The notes below the pieces were generated by a model. The model was not told the origin of the DNA and made no database searches. It saw only the letters and a program-made list of their open reading frames with translations. Made by a program: the position numbers and the translations under genes. From the IMG/VR virus record IMGVR_UViG_3300017963_000235, positions 1-64,000 of that record: a DNA stretch of 64,000 nt. The stretch is one strand, 5' to 3'. The stretch comes from a virus. How positions within the stretch are numbered: position 1 is the stretch's first letter; the number at the start of each line of letters is the position of its first letter. Below are positions 45,600-56,232 of the stretch, piece by piece.

Positions 45600-48140
45600 A
45601 TGGCTGATCTTCTATGGCAGAATAAGGGAAGCGCTACGGGGAGAGTGCCTAGACCTGATGGATATGCTATCGGATCTGGGGATTGGATGATGGCATTGGG
45701 GCCAGATCCTAGTGCTGCACTTCCTGTTGTTGGGGTCGAGTTTGTAATAGATTCTGTAACGTATGAGGAGAAGTTTGGGTGGGTATCAGGGGACTTCTAT
45801 ACGGTATCTCAGAGTGTAGATTTTACATCTCTCAATGAGATAACATATCAGGCCATTGGGGGATCTAAAAGCGCTCCTCTACCTCTTAATTTGGTGTGGC
45901 GTTTGAGGGTCTTTATTGACGGGGTGTTATTCTATAACCGGGACTTTACAGATTCTAGGGAAGTTACTGTAAAGGATAGCGTTATTCCTGTTAGAATGCT
46001 ATCCGGAACTAAGGATCTTTCATTCGGACTAACCCTTATTGACATTACTGAAACATCCGATTTCCCTTTGCCTGTTTCGTTCGCCTATCAATTAGACGAT
46101 AACGATGCGTCGACTGTAGTTAAAGATAGTAATGAGAATTATAGAGATGGTGTGGCCTCAGTTAACACATCTGCAATAAGCGCAAACGGTAAATTTGGGT
46201 TAGCATTTCTAGTTGACGGTTCTCAATCTATATTCTTCGATGATTTAATCGGAGAGTTAATTTCTCCGTTGAATGATTGGTACTTATCCTTATGGTTTAA
46301 ACCAAACGCTGTAAGCGACGAGATTATAGCGTCATCGGTCAATGACGATGGTAAAGGTTTTTTTATTGAGAAAAAATCCGATGGAACTATTGAGACAGGA
46401 TTTAGAATCGGATCTGTATTGTCCCAGAATCTAAAAGCGTATTTTTCTCTCGAAGACAATACAGCAACTACGGATGTCGTAGACGCTACCGGTAATTTTA
46501 CAGCTACAGCAAATAAAAATACAAACCTACTCCATGATGCGTCAGGTAAAGTAGGATCATGCTTTAATTTCTCGGGGAGCTCCACTGATAATTTTAGCTG
46601 TCAATTCGAAACAACGCCGGGAGACACTTTAGCCCACGATAAAGAGTGGTGTTTTGGTTTCTGGTTTTATAACCCTGGAACATCGGGGATTAAAGGACTT
46701 ATTGGCAATGTTCCGGCAGCTGCATATCCAGGTTTTTACGCATATCTTAACGGGGCATCTCAATTAATATTTAGGGTAAGACAAAGTGTCACACAATATA
46801 GGACAGTTATAGCGTCTGGGATCTCCCCCGGCTGGCATCACGCCTTACTAGGTCAAGACACCACTAATTCGGGTGGAGGTACATTTGTTTTCATAGACAC
46901 TATAAAGACCACAGGAACACAAACCGGAAGCATTATGACATCTATAGCAACGACTAATCCTGTGATATTCGGAGATACAGCACCCCATAGCGGGTTCACA
47001 TCTCGTATGGATGAAGTTTCTTTTTATGACACAACCCCAACTCTTTCTATGGCTACGGCGTTATTCAATGGTGGTGACGGTCTTTCCTATGCCGAAGTGA
47101 TGGCGGCACGAGCGCTGTGGAAAACGACAAATATCTATACCGCAGGGGTATGGAACCATCTATTATGCACCTTAGATAGTGGCTCTGGGGTTGCGGGTAT
47201 TAAGGCTTTCCTTAATGGGGTGGAGAACGGGAGTTACACTAATGATGATGTTAGCGTGGATTACACTTATAGAGGTGATTTCAGTTTACTTAAGGATTTA
47301 AGTGGATTTCTTACCGATGGTTATTCTGGGGTTGTAGATCAGTTACTAATAGGGGACGATGTTGCAGATGTTACGGATGCATCTGACATCTATAACAACA
47401 GCCCAGAATATAAACGCCTAGATATCTTCCCCGCATCTATGGATGCTCTAACCAGAGGATGCATAGCTTCGTATCCGTGTAATGATAACGCAATAAATGC
47501 AGATGTTACAGATACTCTTAATGGGCTTACAGGTACAGCAACCCAAAACACAGATCAATTAGCAGATGCCGGTCTGATCGGCGGTAGTTTTAGGTTCGAG
47601 AGCTCCAGTACTGATAATGTTAATACCCCTTTGGAATCGGTATCTGGAGAGTTCTTCCAAATAGGTAGGAGATTTTCGACTGTCTTAGCTATAACCCCAT
47701 CTGCGCCTGGGGGCTTTCAACAAGGTTTCTGGGGCAACTCTACATCCACATCTGTGAAAGGTCTGAGATACGCTGTAGGAGCGGGGAAACTCCGTTTGAA
47801 CATTAATCAAGACGGCTCTAATTATATATCATTGGAGACTGCTTTAACATGTTTCCCAACGGCAGATGACACGTATATCGTATCCGTGGAGTATAAAGGG
47901 GGTGATCCCACCTCCGATTGGGTAGTTACAGTGAATGGGGCGAATCACACTTTAGGGATCATAAGTCAAGCTGGAACGGTTTCTGACATTGCCATGAGTT
48001 CTATTTTATTCGGGTCTATCAGTGGGGATCCTACGCGATATGGTGGGAATATTGAACTGTGTCACAATTACAGAAGGCTCCTTAGTACTGGGGATAAGAT
48101 GCAATTATATAATGACTTGAAAGGTCTGCTACTACAATGA
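45600..48140 (+). CDS. multi-LamG/ConA domain tail protein (putative receptor binding)
   Basis: Repeated AY.LDD...VVD, SLWFK, GWHH, WNHL, MDEV modules. Confidence 0.8.
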   Translation: MADLLWQNKGSATGRVPRPDGYAIGSGDWMMALGPDPSAALPVVGVEFVIDSVTYEEKFGWVSGDFYTVSQSVDFTSLNEITYQAIGGSKSAPLPLNLVWRLRVFIDGVLFYNRDFTDSREVTVKDSVIPVRMLSGTKDLSFGLTLIDITETSDFPLPVSFAYQLDDNDASTVVKDSNENYRDGVASVNTSAISANGKFGLAFLVDGSQSIFFDDLIGELISPLNDWYLSLWFKPNAVSDEIIASSVNDDGKGFFIEKKSDGTIETGFRIGSVLSQNLKAYFSLEDNTATTDVVDATGNFTATANKNTNLLHDASGKVGSCFNFSGSSTDNFSCQFETTPGDTLAHDKEWCFGFWFYNPGTSGIKGLIGNVPAAAYPGFYAYLNGASQLIFRVRQSVTQYRTVIASGISPGWHHALLGQDTTNSGGGTFVFIDTIKTTGTQTGSIMTSIATTNPVIFGDTAPHSGFTSRMDEVSFYDTTPTLSMATALFNGGDGLSYAEVMAARALWKTTNIYTAGVWNHLLCTLDSGSGVAGIKAFLNGVENGSYTNDDVSVDYTYRGDFSLLKDLSGFLTDGYSGVVDQLLIGDDVADVTDASDIYNNSPEYKRLDIFPASMDALTRGCIASYPCNDNAINADVTDTLNGLTGTATQNTDQLADAGLIGGSFRFESSSTDNVNTPLESVSGEFFQIGRRFSTVLAITPSAPGGFQQGFWGNSTSTSVKGLRYAVGAGKLRLNINQDGSNYISLETALTCFPTADDTYIVSVEYKGGDPTSDWVVTVNGANHTLGIISQAGTVSDIAMSSILFGSISGDPTRYGGNIELCHNYRRLLSTGDKMQLYNDLKGLLLQ

Positions 48141-50038
48141 CAGAGTATTTAGCTCCTTATGTCAATTTGGATTCAGTAGGGGATCAGACATCTTCAATTC
48201 CTGTGATATGTAATAGAATTCCTGAACCAAATGAAACGGGTGTAAGTTCCTCCAACTCTATCCAATTTGATTTATGGAACCCTACAGGTATAGGGTTTAA
48301 ATTAGATACCCTTCAAGTCACGGCTAATACACTTCCGGCAATTGTTGACGGAGTTATTCAAGCCCCGTTTTCGGGGTCTATAAGCGGGACGTATCAGGAT
48401 TCATGGGTTCGAGTTATTTTGTCAGGAGTATCGTGGGAGTCTTTATCCAATGTCAATATAGACATAGAAATAGATACTTGGGATGGCTTTTCTATTAGCG
48501 ATTCATATCTGTATGTAATAGCGGATGAAACTGCTCCTGAGGTTTATTCGGCAACCGCTACACATAGATCCACAATTAGAATTGTCTATGCTCAGAGTGT
48601 TATTGATCCAGATGCTACTTCCGTGATAGCAACCTTCCCCTGGGGGGGCGAGTCTCTCGCCTATGATTCCTCGTTAAGTTCCTGGGTGCTCAGCCCCTTA
48701 GCGTACCCTTACTTAAGGTCTACTATTACAGAGCCGTATACGTTAGCAGAGGGGACTATTCTGGGGTTAATCATTAATGGTGCGGAGCACTTGATAGCAA
48801 TACCCGCACTATCAGGAACCACTGCGGTTGCTGTGGCCTCTGATTTGAACTCTGTATTAGCCTCCATCGGCGCCTCTGCTATTGCCTATAATAACCGTTT
48901 GTATATACGCAACGCGGATCCTACAGGCACTATTGAGGTGATTAATAGAGGAGCCCAAGCGATACTCAAACTTGAGTCAGGGATCCAATACGCCCGATTA
49001 CCTTTTGGAACCCCTGAGGGAACGTATTCAATCTCAACTAAAGCTACGTTCGCGTCTGGCGTTGTGGAGTTCCAGACAGTTTCTCTTGAGCTACTCAATT
49101 CTATAGAGACTCTTAGATTGATAGATTTTGGTTTAGTGATGGGAGATTCTGCGCTAGTTGCGGGTAATTACGTGATCACAATAGATCCGTTTATTGTGGC
49201 GTATGAGATAAGACCTACATGGATACCTACTGTAGAGTCTGTGACTAAAATATCTGATAACACATATGATTTAGTTTTAGACACAGATATGACACCGCAG
49301 GGGCCGTATATTCTCACTGTATTTAATGTCTACGATGCGTCTGGTAATTTGGTCAGTTCTGATCACGATTCGGTAACATATAGAGGATTCTCTCCCCAAA
49401 CCCCCACTAGAAGACAGTTTGATTTATTCAGAATGCAACCCCTATATAATAGGCAGGAGGATCAATCGTATGGGTCCACTTTGCTTAAATTTATGCGGGT
49501 TCTTCAGGAGGTTGAGGATCAATTACTTGCGGATATGGATGAGTATACTGGAATCTTCAATTTAGATAATGCACCGGATTGGTTTATAGAGGCCTTCTTA
49601 AGTAGTCATGGATCCCCGTTTGATTTTATGCCTATTGATGTAACCAAGAAACGGCAGTTATCCGCTATCCTGGTTGATCTCTTGCGAATACGTGCAACTA
49701 ATCCTGGGATAGAAGCGGCACTTAAATTTTTCTTTGGATTCACAACTGTATCTATAACGTCTGCGTGGGGTTTGGGCTGGTTGCTCGGTGATTCAATCCG
49801 ATCTATTTTAGGCACATCGACTGTGCTTAACTCCTCCGATAGACGAGATAAATTTACTATTATAGTAGAGGTAGATCGGGACCTCACAGAAGACGAGTTA
49901 TGGCAGGTTAAACGGGTTATCGAAGTTATGAAGCCCGATCACATACACTATGATTTAAGGCAACCGGAAGCGCCTTTTGTTCCCAATCATTGGCAACTAG
50001 GGTATAGTGTTCTTGGGACAAATACTATCGTTCACTAG
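48137..50038 (+). CDS. baseplate wedge/tail protein with Ig-like domains and a P2 gpI-like C-terminus
   Basis: NLDNAPDWF...KKRQL...RIRAT..GIE.AL, MKPDH. Confidence 0.75.
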   Translation: MTEYLAPYVNLDSVGDQTSSIPVICNRIPEPNETGVSSSNSIQFDLWNPTGIGFKLDTLQVTANTLPAIVDGVIQAPFSGSISGTYQDSWVRVILSGVSWESLSNVNIDIEIDTWDGFSISDSYLYVIADETAPEVYSATATHRSTIRIVYAQSVIDPDATSVIATFPWGGESLAYDSSLSSWVLSPLAYPYLRSTITEPYTLAEGTILGLIINGAEHLIAIPALSGTTAVAVASDLNSVLASIGASAIAYNNRLYIRNADPTGTIEVINRGAQAILKLESGIQYARLPFGTPEGTYSISTKATFASGVVEFQTVSLELLNSIETLRLIDFGLVMGDSALVAGNYVITIDPFIVAYEIRPTWIPTVESVTKISDNTYDLVLDTDMTPQGPYILTVFNVYDASGNLVSSDHDSVTYRGFSPQTPTRRQFDLFRMQPLYNRQEDQSYGSTLLKFMRVLQEVEDQLLADMDEYTGIFNLDNAPDWFIEAFLSSHGSPFDFMPIDVTKKRQLSAILVDLLRIRATNPGIEAALKFFFGFTTVSITSAWGLGWLLGDSIRSILGTSTVLNSSDRRDKFTIIVEVDRDLTEDELWQVKRVIEVMKPDHIHYDLRQPEAPFVPNHWQLGYSVLGTNTIVH

Positions 50039-50047
50039 GAGAATAGT

Positions 50048-51955
50048 ATGAATAGAGTTAATTATTTTGATGGTATGTTGGTTGCCGAGGGCGATCTTAA
50101 TACTCCCTTTACATATGCTGAGAATGCAGAAAGAAACTTATCTCTTGAATTAGGGGAAGTTGGCGTTCTGACCGGGTTGAATGTTAGCCCAACAAGTCCT
50201 GTATCCTCTTCGGTAGATGTGAGTACTGGATCCGGTAGAATCAAAGACGATGGAGCCCGGGTTAGAGTGGACTCTGTACAGACGGTACCTTGCAATCAGA
50301 CTACTAGCGGGGACCCCACATATTCTGATTTAGTTGCTGGAGAAGGACGATGGGTGTCCTTTTACATTAAGTTTAAAAGAGAGTATTCGGATCAAAGAAC
50401 CCCTGAGGGTGGGGGTGTTCCCGTTTATTTTAAGGAAACAGAATCCTACGAGTTTCAGATTAATAATGGAACAAAAGGACTTATTGCAGATAAAGACACG
50501 CTTGCTAAAGCAGGTACCTTAACTACTGCGTTATTGTTAGCAGATATTTGGTTTGAGTCTGGGAGTGGTAATATTGACCTTGCCGATTTGGATGTGACAC
50601 GTAGAGAAGACTATATGAGGGAAACCATCAGCGGAACTCAGCAAGTTTTTGGTAATCCAAATGATACATTGGTATATTTAATGGGACGCATAGAGGCTAT
50701 CTTTTCCTCTGTTACGGGAAGTAGTGGGGCATCTCTTATTGGGTTGGGGGGTACTGATACTGAGGCGACTTTCCTGTGGCAGATTGGAAAACACCTATCC
50801 GCTACTTCGAACAATGTAGAGGCGGCTATCTCGAAAATAGTGTTAGACCTAGGAAATAGCAGAGCTCAAACTGTAGACGGGGCTGATTTAATTTCTGCGG
50901 TAGCAAGTGCCCCTAACTGGTTCACGGATCCTTTATCGGATCCGGGGGGAGGCGGAAGTTACGATGGTACAGTGGGATCCTTTCTTAATAATATCATAGC
51001 GGATCTCGCATCCGCAAAAGGGTCAGAATGTATTGGCTCACAAGCTGTAGCGGGATCTCCGTACTCTTTAACTTCTGAAGCTGTGTATACTCAAATATCA
51101 AGTATCCTTAGTGACTTAAATACCCATGTAAATACGGGAGGACATCCCGCAACTGCTATTTCTCATGATCCAACAACTAGTACGTGGGCCGATGCTTCTA
51201 CATTAGGGGCCGCTAACGGTGGGGTTAGATGGAATGATCTATTGGACGCACTAGCGGCTACAGGGACGGGAACTTCGAGCCCTGCCGGAATAAAGAAAAT
51301 AGGCACTACTCTTGTGAATGGTACTTATGATGGTGATACAATATCCATCGGGGGTTCACAAAATCTATATGCCTTCCTTACGGAATTAGTGGAAGCCGTA
51401 GCGAGAAGAATTGATGTAACAGGTGACTCTAGAATTACAGGTAATCTAATACCAAAAGCCGGATTTAATCCGGATTTGGGATCTGTCTCTAATAGGTTTG
51501 ATGCCGCGTACCTTAAGGGGCGGTTATATTTCAACTCAGCCGAGAATATTGAAAATAGACAAATATCGGCGTTACTAGGCTCCTGTGATCCAGGAGCTAA
51601 TCTAGCCTTCAATAACGCAGGATATGTTACCAGTGGTGCGGTATCTCAGAGCCTATTTTTTCCTCTAGATTACCTAAAGGATTCGGATGCGTTATCCTCT
51701 GTGGAGGTGGAATGGAATCCTAATAGCTCATCATCAATGGATTTGTACATTTATAAAATGGCGGATGGAGGATCACGAACGCAGGTTGCTAGACTGACAT
51801 CTTCTATAACAGCTAGAGGATCGGAATCTGTAGTCTTAGGTCCTGAAAGCATGGCTTCAAATACTTCATATTGGATTGAGGTTGTGTTTAATGACGCGAA
51901 TGATGTTCTTTATAAAGTTCGACCAAAACGGATCACCAGACAATTACCTGGTTAA
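50048..51955 (+). CDS. tail fibre protein
   Basis: RVNYFDGMLV...GVLTGLNV N-terminus, repeated GA.LI.....VE.AI modules. Confidence 0.7.
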   Translation: MNRVNYFDGMLVAEGDLNTPFTYAENAERNLSLELGEVGVLTGLNVSPTSPVSSSVDVSTGSGRIKDDGARVRVDSVQTVPCNQTTSGDPTYSDLVAGEGRWVSFYIKFKREYSDQRTPEGGGVPVYFKETESYEFQINNGTKGLIADKDTLAKAGTLTTALLLADIWFESGSGNIDLADLDVTRREDYMRETISGTQQVFGNPNDTLVYLMGRIEAIFSSVTGSSGASLIGLGGTDTEATFLWQIGKHLSATSNNVEAAISKIVLDLGNSRAQTVDGADLISAVASAPNWFTDPLSDPGGGGSYDGTVGSFLNNIIADLASAKGSECIGSQAVAGSPYSLTSEAVYTQISSILSDLNTHVNTGGHPATAISHDPTTSTWADASTLGAANGGVRWNDLLDALAATGTGTSSPAGIKKIGTTLVNGTYDGDTISIGGSQNLYAFLTELVEAVARRIDVTGDSRITGNLIPKAGFNPDLGSVSNRFDAAYLKGRLYFNSAENIENRQISALLGSCDPGANLAFNNAGYVTSGAVSQSLFFPLDYLKDSDALSSVEVEWNPNSSSSMDLYIYKMADGGSRTQVARLTSSITARGSESVVLGPESMASNTSYWIEVVFNDANDVLYKVRPKRITRQLPG

Positions 51956-52010
51956 TTTTGTATGGTTTCTTGACGTAATTTGTGCAACATTAAAGTGAGG
52001 AGGGCTAAAG

Positions 52011-52637
52011 ATGCCAATACCTTACTTGACAGAATATCCATCATTAATAGACGAGAACAATGGTAGGGCCGGATTTTTAAGAGGCCATAGTAAAGGGGAC
52101 GGAGGGGCGCAATCTCCTGCTACAGGTATGAGTGAATGGGAGTATTACGGACCTGTTTTACCTGAGGTAGCTAAGCATCTACAGAAAAAGGGAGTGGTGG
52201 TAGACATCTATCAACGTGATGGGAGATATGAGTGGGGGGCGATGCGGGATATAGTCAATCATAGAAGTGCTACTATAGCCCCTTATGACCTGGTAACTAT
52301 GGGACATCTTAACGCCTTTAATACGCGGGCTAGGGGTACTGAGGTTCTGTACTGGCATGATTCCCCTAATGGTAAGATAGCGGCTGAGTGTATGCTAGAG
52401 TATGTTCAACCGCTTTTTGGGGGTCCTAATCGGGGGATTAAAGCATTACATCCCAATGAGAGAGCCTGGAAAATGCTCTACACTATTAGGGATGTCGCTC
52501 TTATAGTAGAGGCTGGTTTCATAGATAACTCTGAAGATGAGAAGGCCTTAATACAATATAGAGATTTATTTGATGAAGCGATAGTGAACGGAACGATAGC
52601 ATACCTTGAGTACAAGGGAATAGAAATGGAGGACTAG
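52011..52637 (+). CDS. N-acetylmuramoyl-L-alanine amidase endolysin (Amidase_3)
   Basis: GH...SEWE...HLNA...GTEVLY...ALIVEAGFIDN. Confidence 0.9.
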   Translation: MPIPYLTEYPSLIDENNGRAGFLRGHSKGDGGAQSPATGMSEWEYYGPVLPEVAKHLQKKGVVVDIYQRDGRYEWGAMRDIVNHRSATIAPYDLVTMGHLNAFNTRARGTEVLYWHDSPNGKIAAECMLEYVQPLFGGPNRGIKALHPNERAWKMLYTIRDVALIVEAGFIDNSEDEKALIQYRDLFDEAIVNGTIAYLEYKGIEMED

Positions 52638-52639
52638 TA

Positions 52640-52837
52640 ATGGGTTTAATTGATATTATTCTTTATGCAGTAGTGATTATTATTGGTTTTGTTTCTGGGA
52701 GATTTACAGGAGGAACTAAAGAGTTACTGCTGATTATATCTCGGATTCTTAACGGGGTAATAAAGGATCGAGAAGAGTTAAAAAGGGAGCATCCTAAGGT
52801 AGAGAAAAAACTAACCAAGAAAAAGTTATTGGACTAA
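52640..52837 (+). CDS. putative holin
   Basis: Small, N-terminal TM helix, basic C-terminus, follows endolysin. Confidence 0.5.
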   Translation: MGLIDIILYAVVIIIGFVSGRFTGGTKELLLIISRILNGVIKDREELKREHPKVEKKLTKKKLLD

Positions 52838-52853
52838 AGGGAGTCAGGTACAG

Positions 52854-53822
52854 ATGAGAGTTACAGTAGATTATCCAAGAGATTTAAAAGCGCGTTTGGG
52901 ATCCGGTGCGATTTCGTCAGATCATCTAGGGGGTATAACTGACGAGAAGATAACGATTCGACTAGAAGATATCAGTACTAGATTGATGTTCTATGTAGCA
53001 CCGTTCTGTCTTAGCACAGAGATGATCCCCTCACTTCCGGAAGGGATTGGAGTATACACACCTACAGATGATCCATCTCCACTTATGGAAGCATACTTGT
53101 CGTGGATTGCGTATCTGGGTGAGAAGACTAAAGAATTAATGTCAGATCACTCATTCACCATTGATCAGATAAATAGGTTATATCCTGTGGGTTACTTGGG
53201 GGATTGTGAATGTGTTTTAACGCTACAACAATTTGGTAATTTGGTTGCATCTAGCTGGGGTGTAGGTGAGAAAAAGGAATTGGGAGATAAATTAAAAGAA
53301 ACTTGGTGCCCGTCAATCTCTGAAACATTCCCGCTAAAGCCCTGTATGAATGCGCGATCTAGTGTTCGATTGCCGTCACCTCTAGAACGAGAGTACAAAC
53401 AGCCCTTTAAATTGAAGCGATTGGAGGGGATCCCAAGGAAACTTAAGAAGCAGGTAGAGGGACATCCTGTTATGGCGTCTCTTAGTCGGGGGGTTGTTAC
53501 AGGGGTCTTAACGTATGGCGGATTGGTCGCGTTATCTATGATGAGGTTAGGAGAAGTGGCGTGCAGCAATTCTATTTGGGTCGAGGACTGGTTGCCTAAG
53601 TTAGATGCGGAAGAATACCATGAGGCTAGATTAGCGTTTATCAGAGCAATGAAAGAGAGTGAGGATCCCATAGCTAACGAATTGCTGGAGTACGGCTCTC
53701 ACCTGGGGGGTTTGAGATCTTTTATTTGGGTGTTGGATACCAAAGAGAAAGACCAATTCCTTAACGAGAGAATGTGTGAGGATCTGGGATTATTACGCGA
53801 CTTTTTAAAGTTGAATTGGTGA
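52854..53822 (+). CDS. degenerate tandem-domain ThyX-like protein
   Basis: ITIRLEDISTR, RLYPVG...VLTLQQF, LTYGG...MMR, FIWVLD...FLNERMC echo ThyX segments; RHR motif absent. Confidence 0.35.
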   Translation: MRVTVDYPRDLKARLGSGAISSDHLGGITDEKITIRLEDISTRLMFYVAPFCLSTEMIPSLPEGIGVYTPTDDPSPLMEAYLSWIAYLGEKTKELMSDHSFTIDQINRLYPVGYLGDCECVLTLQQFGNLVASSWGVGEKKELGDKLKETWCPSISETFPLKPCMNARSSVRLPSPLEREYKQPFKLKRLEGIPRKLKKQVEGHPVMASLSRGVVTGVLTYGGLVALSMMRLGEVACSNSIWVEDWLPKLDAEEYHEARLAFIRAMKESEDPIANELLEYGSHLGGLRSFIWVLDTKEKDQFLNERMCEDLGLLRDFLKLNW

Positions 53823-53826
53823 TCTG

Positions 53827-54363
53827 ATGAGTGGCGTTCTTCTTCAATCAAGAGCTCCCTATCCAAAAGAGAACACACAAGAGAACTGGTTACAATGGGC
53901 CGTAGATGCTAGTGATGTTATCTTAGAGCGGTTTAGGGAACTTCAGAAATCCAACCTACTATCGGATGCGTTATATGCGGGTTGTATGACGGTGCTCTAT
54001 AGAATCCCGGTAAACGCATTTCCTTTTGGGATCCCTAAGGAGGAGATAGTATTGCAAGATGTGGTTATGGCTTCCGGTTATTATCTGACAGCTCCCGTAT
54101 TGCGAGAGTTGGTGAATATGAGTCCTCAGTTCTCTAGGCCTGATTTAGATTTGGCTAATCGGATTTATAGGGAGTCTAGTAAGCGGGGTATCAAACCCTC
54201 TACCCTTGTTCGGTCTATGGGATTAAGTTATCAGAGGGTGATGCCGTGGTTGATTATTGGTAATTTTTTACCTCCAGATGTCCGGAACGTGATACAGGAG
54301 GCGTTAAATGTGAGAGGTCTAAAATGGATGCACACAAAGAAATGGGTACAGACACAGTTTTAA
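53827..54363 (+). CDS. hypothetical protein with possible C-terminal Cro/XRE HTH
   Basis: RGIKPSTLVRSMGLSYQRVMPW..G..LP. Confidence 0.5.
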   Translation: MSGVLLQSRAPYPKENTQENWLQWAVDASDVILERFRELQKSNLLSDALYAGCMTVLYRIPVNAFPFGIPKEEIVLQDVVMASGYYLTAPVLRELVNMSPQFSRPDLDLANRIYRESSKRGIKPSTLVRSMGLSYQRVMPWLIIGNFLPPDVRNVIQEALNVRGLKWMHTKKWVQTQF

Positions 54364-55499
54364 AAATTGAAGAATGGAAGCTTAAGGATATTAAGCCTTA
54401 CTATTTGAATGCTAAAACCCATGAGGTGGGTAGAATAGCGGCTAGTATAGCGGAGTTTAAAGTGGATCAACCTATTGTTGTGGATGGGGATGGGGTGATC
54501 ATTAAGGGGCATGGGCGATTGAAGGCGGCTAAGAGGCTTAAGTTAAAAACCTTCCCTGTAGTTGTGAGAGAGGATTTGACTCCTGAACAGGTTAGATTGG
54601 CGCGTTTATCTGATAACCGAAGTGCGGAAGCTCCATGGGATACTAAACTTTTAGAGAAGGAGTTAGAGGATTTGAATCTTCCTGAAATAGATTTGGATGT
54701 ATCAGCCCTTGGTATCGATTCTGATTGGTTGGAGGGGTTGGATATTACTCTAGATTTAGGGGGTCTTCATCCACCTAACATACCTCCTGTAGAAGAGAAG
54801 AGTCCCGTCCCTGAGATCCCCACTATCCCTAACGCTAAGCGTGGTGACGTGTATCTGTTGGGACACCACAGGGTAATGTGCGGGGATGCTTCTGATCAAA
54901 AAGATATTACAGCGTTATTAAATGGGGCTATTGTGGATATGCTGGTAACAGATCCTCCTACAAAACCTGTTGAGGGAGTTTCGGATGCTGAGGTTCAACA
55001 ACTGTGCGTGAGTGCCTTTAAAGGAATCCCCTTGTCCAAGTACAACACGGTATACTGTTTTGCTCACGGTAAACGATTACGCACAGTTCTCGATGTGTTT
55101 GAGAATATGGGGTGGCACTTTTCACAGCATTTAGCATGGGTGCATAACCACCATAGTCCAGGATTAGACTACAGCCCTAGAACAGAATTGATCTTTTACG
55201 GGTGGAAGGGGAAGCACAAGTATTACGGATCCTTCTCTAAAGATGTCCTAGAGTTTGATCACCCTGGAGCCCCTGAGGATAAACCCACAGATCTTTTAGG
55301 ATCGCTTATTGATAACGGGTCTCCTGAAGGTGGGGTGGTCTATGATTCTTTTGGAGGCCTTGGGAGTAGTTTAATAGCGTGTGAGCAGACGGGACGTAAG
55401 GCCCTGGTTATGGAAATATCCCCGGCTTATGTAGATGTGATCGTTAAACGGTGGGAAGATCTCACCGGCAAGACTGCAAGGTTAGTATCTGAAGACTGA
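54324..55499 (+). CDS. ParB-like N-terminal domain fused to N4/N6 DNA methyltransferase
   Basis: IKPY..NAKTH, PIVVD...IIKGHGRL, RLSDNR; HRVMCGD, TDPPT, KPTDL, YDSFGGLGS. Confidence 0.9.
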   Translation: MDAHKEMGTDTVLKIEEWKLKDIKPYYLNAKTHEVGRIAASIAEFKVDQPIVVDGDGVIIKGHGRLKAAKRLKLKTFPVVVREDLTPEQVRLARLSDNRSAEAPWDTKLLEKELEDLNLPEIDLDVSALGIDSDWLEGLDITLDLGGLHPPNIPPVEEKSPVPEIPTIPNAKRGDVYLLGHHRVMCGDASDQKDITALLNGAIVDMLVTDPPTKPVEGVSDAEVQQLCVSAFKGIPLSKYNTVYCFAHGKRLRTVLDVFENMGWHFSQHLAWVHNHHSPGLDYSPRTELIFYGWKGKHKYYGSFSKDVLEFDHPGAPEDKPTDLLGSLIDNGSPEGGVVYDSFGGLGSSLIACEQTGRKALVMEISPAYVDVIVKRWEDLTGKTARLVSED

Positions 55500-56195
55500 G
55501 GAGTAGGGGCCGAAAACCTGCCCCAGTTCATCCCTGTAGAGCACAGAGACAACATTAGAGAGGGGAGGCATGGGAATCCTCACATAAGGGGTGAAACGCG
55601 CCCAGGCACCCCATACGTTGGATTCTGTGCTGAGTTTATATTCCCATGTTCCGATAGATACATTCAGATGACGTACGGCAACTCTTGAGGTGTCATTAGA
55701 ATCCCGTACAGCAGAGTCAATAACGATCTCTTCTCCGGGGGATCCGTGCAGTGTGAAACCACAATATCCGTTATGGATAATATTAAGGGGATCATCCATT
55801 GTTCCCTGATGTACCTCTGTGTCTTCTTTTGAAAGAGACATGAATACCTGATGAGCGGGACCTGTAGAGTATCCTCTGATGATGATTTGTCTATCAGTTT
55901 TTGGAAGCTGCACAGATACCGACCTGATACACCATGAGGGGATCCCCATTGCCGCATGTTGACCGAAGAATCCCCCATTGATTCTCTGGACACAGAGATT
56001 GTATTTCAAATGAGTCTCACGATCCCAAGCAGGTCGTATGAGATTTCCCGGCTCTTGGAGATAGATGGAGAGATCTTCACCTGAGATAACCGCTCTTATA
56101 TCTCCGTCAATAGTTTCGAGATGAGGGGATTCCTCTACAGGGTTAGATGTACAGGCGCTTAGAAATACGATTAGGATAATGAGGAAGATATTCAT
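55482..56195 (-). CDS. lipoprotein
   Basis: SD AAGGAG, then MNIFLIILIVFLSA-C lipobox; true start 56195 rather than 56477. Confidence 0.7.
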   Translation of the reverse strand: MNIFLIILIVFLSACTSNPVEESPHLETIDGDIRAVISGEDLSIYLQEPGNLIRPAWDRETHLKYNLCVQRINGGFFGQHAAMGIPSWCIRSVSVQLPKTDRQIIIRGYSTGPAHQVFMSLSKEDTEVHQGTMDDPLNIIHNGYCGFTLHGSPGEEIVIDSAVRDSNDTSRVAVRHLNVSIGTWEYKLSTESNVWGAWARFTPYVRIPMPPLSNVVSVLYRDELGQVFGPYSSVFRY

Positions 56196-56232
56196 TGGTC
56201 TCTCCTTCAGTCTTGGATACGTTGTCTGAATC

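Noticed and set aside
32058-51955. Interpretation as a bacterial eCIS/tailocin locus
   Set aside because: Neck and head-tail adaptor genes, phage polymerase, dense small early ORFs and the absence of host housekeeping genes indicate a true phage
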